From the IMG/VR virus record IMGVR_UViG_3300046477_000491, positions 1 to 64,000 of that record: 64,000 nucleotides of DNA; one strand, given 5' to 3'. Below the pieces are notes generated by a model. That model was given only the letters and a program-made list of their open reading frames with translations. It made no database searches and was not told the DNA's origin. Within the stretch, counting starts at the first letter, position 1. Every line of letters begins with the position of its first letter. Of this stretch, positions 54,764 through 63,678 are shown piece by piece. Both the position numbers and the translations under genes were made by a program. The stretch is from a virus.

Positions 54764-55834
54764 CGACAACAAGCCCCGCAGTCATCCGGCGGGCTGGCCG
54801 GACTGCATGACTGTGGGGCTTGTTGCTTTCCGCGCGCTCGTTCCCTAACCAAGGACGAACACAGCGGAGTAACCGTAGCGCCCCGGTTGCCGCTGCCGCA
54901 AATCCCCCCATCCCCCCAATTCCCCGAATCCCCCTGGCACTGTGACACTGTTCGCGACCCGCAATCGTTGCGCTACGCGGCTGTCTAGGCCCTTTGCTTC
55001 TGCGAATTTGCATTTAAGGGTAGGGGGGTCGAATATTTATTCATTGACATACACACTTGACAGCCGCTTGTCAACCCCTGGAGCCGGGCAATATCAAGCC
55101 TCGCGCTTCCTTCCAGTATCTGCACCCTTGCTTTTGGTGTGACCTACGCCACGCGCTGCGCCCATACACAGCCCCTGGGCCCTGTCAACCCCTGGGAGCG
55201 ACGCATATTATGCATGGCAATTCACCGATATTCACGAGGCCACTACCCCAAAACGCTGATTTGCGTTGCTGCAAATATGCCCCGAGATATGGTGGGGTGG
55301 CGTTCGCTGTAGCAACTCAGCAACCAGGGAGCCAGGGAGTTACGGCGTATTGGCTGTGAGCCTGGCGACCGCGTGGCCGTGCATGCCGTGGTGCTGTGTC
55401 TCTCTGTGGTGTGAGCAGTGGGGAGCCTTCCCCTGGCCCGCGATTTGGCGACCCCTTGACCCGCAGCGATGCCAGGCAGGCGCACCCTTGACGTATGAGA
55501 GTCGGTATGCAATGGGGTGCGCTGGGGCATGGCCAGGCATGGGGAGAGTTCGACAGCGTGAGCGCTGCGGCCTCGGCTCTGTGGCGCTCCGTGGTGGCTA
55601 CATGCCGTCGTGCGGGCTCGTCGTCCACCTGCGCAGCACTCCGGCATGCCGGGACCGTCCTAGGCGCGGAAATGGCCACTCAGGGCCGTGCAGCGTTGGC
55701 CCGTGGCCGGACGTGGCATGCGCGCTATGGGACTGCCTGGGTGGCGCTGTATCCCCGTGGGAGGGCCAAACACGAGAAAGCCCCCCACCGGCCCGAGTAA
55801 GGGCGGTGAGGGGCGTACGTAGGGCCGTGGCGGG

Positions 55835-56176
55835 CTAGTCGCGGGCGGCGGTGCCGTCCTCGCGACCCTTGGCCAGGGAGTCGGCCAGTTCGGGGCGCCA
55901 TGCCAGGACGCGGCGCAGGTCGGCCAGGAACGGCGTACGGTCGAAGGCTTCCCCGTCGGTGTAGGCGTCCACGGCGCCGAGCATGTACGCGACGGCCTGG
56001 CGTCCTTCGTTGCGCGCGGAATCCCACGTGAGCTGTCGCGCCAGCGGGGAGGCGGAGACGGTGACGCGGTACCCGTGACCGTCGCGGCCGGTGCCGACCT
56101 GGACGGACACGCGCTCATGGGTGAGGGCGCCGAGGTGGGCGGCGACCATGGCGGCGGTGGTGTGCGTGATGCGCAT
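55835..56176 (-). CDS. Hypothetical early protein
   Basis: AGGAGG RBS; terminator downstream. Confidence 0.65.
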   Translation of the reverse strand: MRITHTTAAMVAAHLGALTHERVSVQVGTGRDGHGYRVTVSASPLARQLTWDSARNEGRQAVAYMLGAVDAYTDGEAFDRTPFLADLRRVLAWRPELADSLAKGREDGTAARD

Positions 56177-56212
56177 GGGGGTTGTCCTCCTGATGTGGGG
56201 CGGGTTGGTTGG

Positions 56213-56644
56213 TCAGTGCTGGGGGCGGCGGATCATGGTTTCCTGCGTGCCGTAGTCGCGGGCGCGTCCCTTGTTGGGCGCGAACCCAAACCGGCGGTAA
56301 AAGGCGGTGAGGCGCCGGACGCTCCCGCCAAAGTCGGGGCTAGGGGTGGTGGCCAGGGGCAGGCCGTGCGCGTCGGCGTAGGCGGTCAGTTCGCCCATGA
56401 CGGCCGAGCCGGAGCCGTTGTTGCGCTCCCCCTTGGGGACGATCAGAACGGACAGGATCACGAACCCTGCACCGTTCGTTTCCAGGGAGACGCGGACGCC
56501 GGGGAACCGGGCGGTCAGGTCCTGCGCGAGGGTGGCGGGGACGGGCTCCAGACCGTCACAGGAGACGCGGCCGAAGCGGGCGGCCGTCCAGTCGTGGGCG
56601 GGGTGGGGCGTGGTGGTCGGGCAGCCGTAGACGGTGCGGAGCAT
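56213..56644 (-). CDS. GNAT-family acetyltransferase
   Basis: 'VPKGERNNGSGSAVM..L..YAD' motif A and 'RL..FYRRFGF'. Confidence 0.8.
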   Translation of the reverse strand: MLRTVYGCPTTTPHPAHDWTAARFGRVSCDGLEPVPATLAQDLTARFPGVRVSLETNGAGFVILSVLIVPKGERNNGSGSAVMGELTAYADAHGLPLATTPSPDFGGSVRRLTAFYRRFGFAPNKGRARDYGTQETMIRRPQH

Positions 56645-56715
56645 GGGGGGGCCTCCCTGGGGTGAGTGGGAGGGGGCCGGAGCGTTTCCCCGGCCCCCGT
56701 GGTGTGGGGCGGGTG

Positions 56716-57459
56716 CTACTCGGCGAGGCCCTGCGCGGCGTGCATCTTCTGCGCCTGCTTGAACGTGGCGCGGTACTCCGCGAGCGAGGCCGGGCGGACC
56801 GCCTCGAACTGGCGGGCCCAGTGCGGCATTACGGCGACCTTCTGCGTCTGGAAGACGCCCCCGGCGGCGATCATCGCGTGATTCTGCGCGCGGGTCTCCG
56901 TGGCCAGCGCCTTGCGGGCGAGGGGGGAGAACATCAGGGAGTGCTTACGGAACGCGGCCTCCTCGCCGTGGCGGTCGACGCCGCGCCCGGTGCCGCAGTG
57001 GCCGAACACGTCGTGCACAGCGCGGAACATGTCGTTCGTGTCGTTGTCGAAGAAGAAGTGCCCGCCCGTGGCCTCCGTCGACAGGATGCGCATGCGGCCA
57101 GCCTTGACGTCCTCGAAGAACGCGCGGGTGCCCTTGTTGGTCACGTCGTACGGGTCGGCGTCCTCGACGCTCACGGCGATGCCCAGGCCGCCGCGCGACG
57201 GGGCGGCCGTCATGAACTCAAACTGCCGCTTGACCCCCTCGGCCATGGCGCGCCAGGCGGCCGGGGCGGCGTTGTCGATGAACGGGAGTTCGGCGTACGC
57301 GGCGGCGATCTTCTCGACGGCCGAGGGGGCGACGATCACGCGGGAGTAGTCCCAGTGGTCGCGGGTGGACAGTCCGGCCTTGGCGCAGAAGGTGCGCGAG
57401 CCCTCGACGATGGCGCGGATCGGCGAGACGGACAGGGCGGGGATGTTGGCGGTACGCAT
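56716..57459 (-). CDS. Conserved phage protein with FRAVHDxxGH putative metal-binding motif
   Basis: 'NDMFRAVHDVFGH....F/V...GEEAAF..H..MFS..A..A..TETR.QN'. Confidence 0.7.
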   Translation of the reverse strand: MRTANIPALSVSPIRAIVEGSRTFCAKAGLSTRDHWDYSRVIVAPSAVEKIAAAYAELPFIDNAAPAAWRAMAEGVKRQFEFMTAAPSRGGLGIAVSVEDADPYDVTNKGTRAFFEDVKAGRMRILSTEATGGHFFFDNDTNDMFRAVHDVFGHCGTGRGVDRHGEEAAFRKHSLMFSPLARKALATETRAQNHAMIAAGGVFQTQKVAVMPHWARQFEAVRPASLAEYRATFKQAQKMHAAQGLAE

Positions 57460-57583
57460 TGCGGGGGCCTCCTGTTGCGGGGCGGTTGGTGTGTGGTTGG
57501 TGGTGCGTTGCCAACCTAGCCCCGATTACGGCTTGTAAAGCCAGTTTCGGGGATTGGTGGACAAGTCTTTATAGAGCTGTGAC

Positions 57584-58693
57584 CTAGGCGGTGGGGCCGT
57601 CCAGTTCGGCCAGGTCCAGGGCCAGCCGCTCCGCGTCCGTGAGCGGGCCCAGCAGGGACAGCAGCTCACCAGTGGTCACGATGGGCAGGGGAAGGCCGGA
57701 GACGGGCGCGGGGGTGGCTTCCTGGGGCGCTTCCTGGCGCGCGTCCCGCATGGCGGCCTCAACGACGGCCAGGTCCTCCGCCTCTTCGCGCCGCTCCTGC
57801 TCGCGGCGGCTCAGCTCCTCCGCGCGGGCGAGCGCTTCCGGGCCGTCCATGCGAATGGTCGTCCACGTGATCGACTCGCGGTCGAAGATGCCCCAGTCGT
57901 CCGCCTGGCGGCCGGGCAGCACGCGGGCGACGTAGCGGCCGGTGTAGGCGTGGGCGCAGAAGCCGCAGAGGTACGCGCCGAACGGCGAGAACCGGGCGGG
58001 GTACTCCGGGTCGTCGTCCGCGTCGCCGACGGTGTCGCACATGGCGCACAGGCGGGCCAGGTTCTCGGACGCCGCCAGGATCAACCAGTCGTCACCGTCG
58101 CGCCGGTCGGGGCTGTAGCCGATCACGTACGTGCCATCGGCCCAGATGTTGCGGCTGGTCACCGTGCCGTGGCCCATGGGGACGCCGATGCGGGCGCCCA
58201 CCTGGGCCCACTTCGCGGGGTCGGCCAGCGCGGTACGGGCGGCCCACGGGTTCACGTCGGCGCGGGTCTTGATCTCCTCCGGGATCGGGCCGCTGTACAG
58301 CCACGTCCCACCGACGTACAGGTAAAGGGTGTCGCCCTCGATGGACACCGTCACGCGCTTGCCCTCGATGTACAGCGGGCGAGCGTCGCGCAGGGTGCGG
58401 GCGCCGGGCTCGTTGGGCTCGTAGTGGCCGGTCAGGTCGACCGCCTCCGGGCGCGGGTTCGTGATGGACAGGAAGCGGGCGCTGTTCTCCGCGTCGTAAC
58501 CCTGGTAGTCGCCGTGCGTGTCGACGTAGCGGGAGCAGCGGGAGCAGAAGCCGCCCGGCATGTTGGCCGCGTCGCCGAAGCTGACGTAGGTGGTGACCGG
58601 GCGCCCGCAGACGGTTTCGTCGTTGCCGGTGCTGTAGTGCGCGGTCTTGCCCTTGCCGACCTGCGCCAGCTTGTAACCGGAGATCGTGTCCAT
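57584..58693 (-). CDS. Hypothetical early protein with two Cys/His clusters
   Basis: AAGGAG RBS; TTGACA-17-AAAAGT promoter at 58731-58759. Confidence 0.65.
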   Translation of the reverse strand: MDTISGYKLAQVGKGKTAHYSTGNDETVCGRPVTTYVSFGDAANMPGGFCSRCSRYVDTHGDYQGYDAENSARFLSITNPRPEAVDLTGHYEPNEPGARTLRDARPLYIEGKRVTVSIEGDTLYLYVGGTWLYSGPIPEEIKTRADVNPWAARTALADPAKWAQVGARIGVPMGHGTVTSRNIWADGTYVIGYSPDRRDGDDWLILAASENLARLCAMCDTVGDADDDPEYPARFSPFGAYLCGFCAHAYTGRYVARVLPGRQADDWGIFDRESITWTTIRMDGPEALARAEELSRREQERREEAEDLAVVEAAMRDARQEAPQEATPAPVSGLPLPIVTTGELLSLLGPLTDAERLALDLAELDGPTA

Positions 58694-58900
58694 GGTGTCG
58701 CTCCTTCGTACGTGTGTGGTGGGAGCGCTGACTTTTCCGTAGGGGGAACCCCTTGTCAAGCCCTTTGAGCACATGGATTTACAAGACGTTATGAAGCTGT
58801 GACCAGCGCCCCCGGCGCGGGTGTGTTCTCCTGGGGGCCGGACACAACAGGGCCCCCACCGGCCAGCGGGACGCGGTGGGGGCCTTTTGCATGCCCGGGG

Positions 58901-60568
58901 TCAGACGGTGGGGGCCTCGGCGTAGCCACCGACGGCCACCAGCAGGCCGTCCCAGTTGGCGGCGTCGATACCGACCCCGTCGACCCACTCGGCACCAGCG
59001 GAGTACGCCTGGCCCATCAGGTCGAGAGCATCCGCCATGGACATCAGCTCGACGTCCTCACCGAGCCGGACCCACATGTGCCGGGAATCCAGCCGGGCCC
59101 GGAACTTGGATTCCTCCTCGGCGTTCTCGGCGATCGAGCGGGCGAATCCGTCCGCGCCGCCCTCGTAGTACGCCAGGCGATTCTGGTCCTGCTCCGGGGC
59201 GGTGTCCGCGACAGAATCCGACTGGGAAACCGGCGCGGTCTCCTCGGCGATTTCCGGCGCGATCTCCTCGACGACGGGCGCGGGGGCCGGGGTCTCCTCG
59301 ACGGGAGCCGCAGCGGCCTTCTTGCGCGGGGTGCGGGCCTTCTTGACCGCGTCGATCTCGTACGGCTTCGGCTCGGTGACGTTGTCCTCGACGAGAGTGC
59401 AGCGGGTGAGGACGGTGGCCTTGTTGCCCTTGTACTCGTCGTGCTCCTTGACGGTGCCCCGGAGGGTGACGCGGACGCCCGTGTCCTCGCCCAGCGCGTT
59501 GTTGGAGGCGAACCACTTCACGACGACGCCGGAGTCCTCGGCGCGCACCTGGTAGAGGGTGGTCGAGCCGTACAGGCCGTCGATGTAGCGGATGGCTTCC
59601 ACGATGCCGGTGAAGGTGATACGCGAGCCCTTGACCCCGGCGGCCTTGTCGGGCGCGGTGCCGATCCACTCGGACGGCTTGCCCTCGCGCTGCTTGCGGA
59701 TGAGGGTCTGCTCGTTGAAGCGGGCCCACGCCTGCGGGGCGGAGACGAGGATGCCGAAGTTGCGCGAGGAGACCATCTTGGCGCCCGCGATGGCCTTCAG
59801 GTTGGTCACGTACTCCGAGGTGCCGGAGAAGTCGTCGGAGAGGATGAACGCGCGGATCTCGGCGGCCTTGCCCTTGGCCTCACCGGCCAGCGGCGCCATC
59901 TTCTCGGCGAACTCCTTGTCACGGCGGGCGCGGGAGGGGCTGATGGCGTTGCGCACGAGCTGCACGGTGGGGGTGGCGTGGTAGTCCTGGCTGCGGACGA
60001 AGCCGAACGCCTTGACGCAGGCCCAGGCGTAGGCGAGGACGGTCTCGGTGGACACGTCGCGGTCCCCGCCGCCCATGCCGTAGAACTCCTTCTCCTCGTC
60101 GTCGTCGGCGGGGGTGGTGGGCCAGGCGACGGTGGTTTCCCAGCCGAGGAAGTCCTTGATGCAGGAGCGGCCGATCTGCTTCTCCTCGCCGGTCTCCTCG
60201 TTCTTGACGAGGAAGGTCTCGCGGCGGGTGCGGATCTTCTTGCAGTGGTCGCAGACGCCCTCGCGGACGGCCTCGCGGTCGACGGAGTGGACGCCGGGCG
60301 CGGTGCGCACGATGAGACCGGCGTTCTCGTCCCAGTCCAGGGTGGCGAGGAAGGTCCAGCCGTTGTGCTTGGGCGCCTCGCCCGTGAAGAAGACGTCGTA
60401 CAGGATCTCGACGACCTCGAAGCCCAGGTCATCCTTGGTCTTCACCTCGACCTCGGTGACGTCCAGCTCCAGGCGGCCGGACAGGCCCCGCTTGGCCGCG
60501 CGCTCGTTGATCTTCTCGATCTTCGCGAGGGTGGTGGCGAGCTGGTAGCTGTCGATTCGCGCGGACAT
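58901..60568 (-). CDS. Conserved phage protein with Zn site and OB-fold-like domain
   Basis: 'CDHC...R.R..TF.V......QIGRSC..DFLG' and 'GTVKEH.EY.G.K.TVLTRC'; TAGACA-17-TAATGT promoter. Confidence 0.7.
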   Translation of the reverse strand: MSARIDSYQLATTLAKIEKINERAAKRGLSGRLELDVTEVEVKTKDDLGFEVVEILYDVFFTGEAPKHNGWTFLATLDWDENAGLIVRTAPGVHSVDREAVREGVCDHCKKIRTRRETFLVKNEETGEEKQIGRSCIKDFLGWETTVAWPTTPADDDEEKEFYGMGGGDRDVSTETVLAYAWACVKAFGFVRSQDYHATPTVQLVRNAISPSRARRDKEFAEKMAPLAGEAKGKAAEIRAFILSDDFSGTSEYVTNLKAIAGAKMVSSRNFGILVSAPQAWARFNEQTLIRKQREGKPSEWIGTAPDKAAGVKGSRITFTGIVEAIRYIDGLYGSTTLYQVRAEDSGVVVKWFASNNALGEDTGVRVTLRGTVKEHDEYKGNKATVLTRCTLVEDNVTEPKPYEIDAVKKARTPRKKAAAAPVEETPAPAPVVEEIAPEIAEETAPVSQSDSVADTAPEQDQNRLAYYEGGADGFARSIAENAEEESKFRARLDSRHMWVRLGEDVELMSMADALDLMGQAYSAGAEWVDGVGIDAANWDGLLVAVGGYAEAPTV

Positions 60569-60731
60569 GCGGGCCTCCTGATGCGGGGCGGGTTGTTGAC
60601 GTGCACGACATTACGGCTTCTGGAAGCTGTTGTCTACCCGTTTGCCTCAGCGGCTTGCGCGTGTTCTCATGGACGCCGAAGGCCCCCACCGGCCAGCTCG
60701 ATTCGGTGGGGGCCTTCGTCATGTCCCGGGC

Positions 60732-61193
60732 CTACTCGGCCGGGCGGAGCGCTCCGGTGATGTTGCGCCGCAGCAGCCGGTACAGGTGGGCCCAGCCGGT
60801 CTTCTTGTCCTGCGGGGCGGCCATCCCGTGGTCCTTCTCCCAGGAGTGCTGGACCCTGCGCAGCAGCGCCGACCACTGGTTGGTGTCGATCAGTGAGGCG
60901 CAGATACCGCAGGCCATCCAGTCGCCCTCGTAGCCCTGCATCTTGCCGCTGACCGGGTGCCGTCCTGCCACGAAATCCGCCACCGGCAGGAGGAACTTTT
61001 CCGCTCCCAGATCCTGGTTGCAGAAGTCGCAGCGGCCGTGGACTTTTCCGTCCTCGGGTGCCATGGGAATTGGCTTGTGCCCGGAGAGGGAATCCTGCTC
61101 GTGGTGCTGCCAGGATTCCTCCCCCGTCCCCTTCTCGATGTGGCGCTCCAGGGGGCGCCTACAGGTCTTGCAGACCATGGGGGGTGTACTCAC
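60732..61193 (-). CDS. Zn-finger hypothetical protein
   Basis: CKTC, CDFC and WMACGIC motifs. Confidence 0.65.
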   Translation of the reverse strand: MSTPPMVCKTCRRPLERHIEKGTGEESWQHHEQDSLSGHKPIPMAPEDGKVHGRCDFCNQDLGAEKFLLPVADFVAGRHPVSGKMQGYEGDWMACGICASLIDTNQWSALLRRVQHSWEKDHGMAAPQDKKTGWAHLYRLLRRNITGALRPAE

Positions 61194-61612
61194 TGGGTGA
61201 TCTCCTGGCCGGGCTTGAGGATGCGGAACATTGTGCCGTCCTCGGCGCCCAGCTCGTGACCGTTCTCCATGTCGGCGATGTGCGCGGCCAGCTCGCCGTA
61301 GCGCAGGCCCCGGCGCTGCATCTCGTTGGTCAGTTCGCCCCAGGCGGCGTCGTGGCCGTCCTTCTCGGAGGATCCGACCGTGTACCACCCGGCGCCCTCG
61401 TGGCGGCCCTTGACCTGCGCCCAGTACGCGGGGGCCGTGTCGGTCTTGTTCTCCAGGTACCAGTCCTTCAGCTCGGCGAAGAACTTGACCGTGGAGTCCG
61501 AGCTGTCCAGGCCGGGGAAGTGGACGGCGTTGCCGTCGATGAGGAGGGCGGTGACCTGTGCGCGGGTGAGCTGGGCGGTGAACGTCGGCTCGGGGGTGGT
61601 GGCCTCGACCAT
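61190..61612 (-). CDS. Hypothetical protein
   Basis: AAGGAG RBS; TTGACA-18-TAGCTT promoter at 61654-61683. Confidence 0.65.
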   Translation of the reverse strand: MVEATTPEPTFTAQLTRAQVTALLIDGNAVHFPGLDSSDSTVKFFAELKDWYLENKTDTAPAYWAQVKGRHEGAGWYTVGSSEKDGHDAAWGELTNEMQRRGLRYGELAAHIADMENGHELGAEDGTMFRILKPGQEITQ

Positions 61613-61697
61613 GGTTCGCTCCTTGTTCGGGCGGGGTGGTTGGTGACAGGACGAAGCTAGTCGTCGTCATTATGTCTTGTCAAGTAGTCTCAGGAAT

Positions 61698-61916
61698 TTA
61701 CTTGACTGCGGTGTGCCTGCGCTGGACGATGCGCCCCTTGGGTCGCTCCTCGCCCTCGAACGTCCAGTTGGGCGGGAAGACAGGGACGACCGAGACGTTG
61801 GTCATGGTCCCCCGCAACTCCCCGGCCCGGCGGTCGGCGCTGGTCTTGTCGTAGCTCACGACGGACACATGCGCGTGGCCATTCGAGTCGGTCCACAGGA
61901 CCTTGAAGTTCTCCAC
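61698..61916 (-). CDS. Hypothetical protein
   Basis: AGGAG RBS before a GTG. Confidence 0.55.
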   Translation of the reverse strand: MENFKVLWTDSNGHAHVSVVSYDKTSADRRAGELRGTMTNVSVVPVFPPNWTFEGEERPKGRIVQRRHTAVK

Positions 61917-61930
61917 GATGCTGCTCCTGC

Positions 61931-62173
61931 TCAGGCTCGGGTGGTGGCGTTGTCGACGCGGGGGCATCCCTGGGCAATGTAGTCCTGCCAACTGACAAGG
62001 CTGTTGCGCGTGGCCTGGATGCGGGTCAGTAGGATGCGCTGACGGGCCGCCCGGGACTCCTTGCGCCAGCGGCTCTCCAGGACTTTCAGCGATTTCTCGC
62101 GCTGCCTGATCAGCTCGTCGGCGGCCTCCTGGCGCTCGGCCAGCAGGACCGATCGGAACGGGCTGCCTGCCAT
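61931..62173 (-). CDS. Hypothetical protein
   Basis: AGGAGG RBS; TTGACA upstream at 62233-62238. Confidence 0.55.
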   Translation of the reverse strand: MAGSPFRSVLLAERQEAADELIRQREKSLKVLESRWRKESRAARQRILLTRIQATRNSLVSWQDYIAQGCPRVDNATTRA

Positions 62174-62262
62174 CTGCTCCTCCTGGTGTGGGGTGCGTTG
62201 TCAGACAACAGTTAAGGGGACCGCTCGACAGTTGTCAAGCGATCCCCTCAACCTGCTTGCGA

Positions 62263-62505
62263 TCAGTAATCCTCGTCCCAGCGCTCGCCCGCGTACGTCG
62301 GGTCGAAGCCGGTCGGCGGGACGTCGGAGAACGGCGCGTACTTGCGGACGATCTCCTCCTGCTTCTCCAGCCGTGCCGACCAGTGGACGGCGCAGCGCGG
62401 GAAGGACTTGCCCGTGCCAGACAGCGGGTCACGGAACTCCACGGGACCGCTGCACGCGCCCGTGTGGTCCTCCAGGCACTTCAGCTCTTCGTGCTGCTCG
62501 GTCAT
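62263..62505 (-). CDS. Small Cys/His actinophage-type protein
   Basis: 'CL......CSGPVE.R..LSGTG..FPRC..H...FDP.YAGERWD'. Confidence 0.7.
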   Translation of the reverse strand: MTEQHEELKCLEDHTGACSGPVEFRDPLSGTGKSFPRCAVHWSARLEKQEEIVRKYAPFSDVPPTGFDPTYAGERWDEDY

Positions 62506-62522
62506 GACGTGCTCCTCGTGGG

Positions 62523-62873
62523 TCAGGCGCTGATTTCCAGGGAGGCGGGCGAGGTGGGCGCGGGCTCCTTCGGGCGGAAGTGCTCGACGACGTCCCTCGC
62601 CCACTGCGGGATGTCGTCGTTCTCCAGGCTGTAGGAGGTCAGGTGCTCGACCTGTCCGGGGGTGCCGTCCTGCTTCAGCAGGACCCCGATGACCGGCAGG
62701 GACGCGGCCGTCCACTCGCCGTTGCTCGGCCAGTAGGTGAGGTGGAACCGGATGACCTTCATCTCCTTGTCCTTGGCCCGGCCCGAGTAGGCTCCGGTGG
62801 GGATGACCGGGCCGTCCTCGACGGGGACGAAGACCTCGCGGCGGGTGCTCCAGTTGGTGGGGATGATCTTCAT
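62523..62873 (-). CDS. Hypothetical protein
   Basis: AGGAGG RBS. Confidence 0.65.
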   Translation of the reverse strand: MKIIPTNWSTRREVFVPVEDGPVIPTGAYSGRAKDKEMKVIRFHLTYWPSNGEWTAASLPVIGVLLKQDGTPGQVEHLTSYSLENDDIPQWARDVVEHFRPKEPAPTSPASLEISA

Positions 62874-62903
62874 GGTGGTGTCCTCCTGTTGCGGGGTGGT
62901 TGT

Positions 62904-63065
62904 TCAGCGGGTCATGCTGCGGACGTACTCCTCGTGGCCGCCGTCAGGCTCCGTCGAGTCGTCCTTGGGGGCCCAGTAGTGGCCGGTGTAGACGTGCGCC
63001 GGGTAACCGTCCTGCTGGACCTTCTTGAGGTGCCCCTGGTAGGTGGTGGCACGGCACTTGCACAC
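62904..63065 (-). CDS. 53-aa hypothetical protein
   Basis: GAGGAGG RBS; fills the intergenic gap. Confidence 0.5.
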   Translation of the reverse strand: MCKCRATTYQGHLKKVQQDGYPAHVYTGHYWAPKDDSTEPDGGHEEYVRSMTR

Positions 63066-63067
63066 GG

Positions 63068-63457
63068 TCAGTCCTCCTCGATGTGGTCGACGAAGTAGGT
63101 GTCGGACAGGATGCGCTTGTCGGCCTCGCGCACGTGGTGCTGGTGGACGGCGTACAGGCCGCTCTGCTGGGTCGTGGCCTGGAGCAGCAGACGCATGAGG
63201 CTCTGACGCTCGTCCTGCATGCGGTCCAGGACCTTGTCGTCGTCGAAGGGGCTGTTGCCCTCGGCGTCCAGGCTCAGGGTCTCCTGGTAGAAGGCCGACT
63301 TCGCGCGCAGCTCCATGAACTTCTCGAAGTCCTGGACGGCGTCCACCGTGTTCGGGTTGTCCAGCTTGGCCTTCAGCGTCTTGGCGAAGCCGACGTAGGC
63401 GGTGTAGGCGGTCTTGGCGTAGGTGCGGACGCCCTGGGATGCGGTGGCCTTGTCCAT
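63068..63457 (-). CDS. Hypothetical protein
   Basis: AGGAG RBS. Confidence 0.6.
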   Translation of the reverse strand: MDKATASQGVRTYAKTAYTAYVGFAKTLKAKLDNPNTVDAVQDFEKFMELRAKSAFYQETLSLDAEGNSPFDDDKVLDRMQDERQSLMRLLLQATTQQSGLYAVHQHHVREADKRILSDTYFVDHIEED

Positions 63458-63462
63458 GCTGG

Positions 63463-63609
63463 CTACTCCTGGTCTCGTATCGCTGCGTGCTTGGCAGTCT
63501 TGCGGGTTCGCTGCTTGCGGGGGCGGGAATCGTGCCCTCCGGCCGCTCCGCTGCGCCGACGCTCCTGGACGGCGCGGACGTGCTCGGGGGTCTGCTGCTG
63601 GTCGTTCAC
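63463..63609 (-). CDS. 48-aa basic protein (…ERRRSGAAGGHDSRPRKQRTRK…)
   Basis: GGAGG RBS; 'RRS.AA..H..R' basic pattern. Confidence 0.55.
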   Translation of the reverse strand: MNDQQQTPEHVRAVQERRRSGAAGGHDSRPRKQRTRKTAKHAAIRDQE

Positions 63610-63678
63610 GGGTGCCTCCGGGGCCGTAGGGAAGATTCCAGGTTATGGGTTCTCCCCTACGGCTTCCGAGTTACGGCT

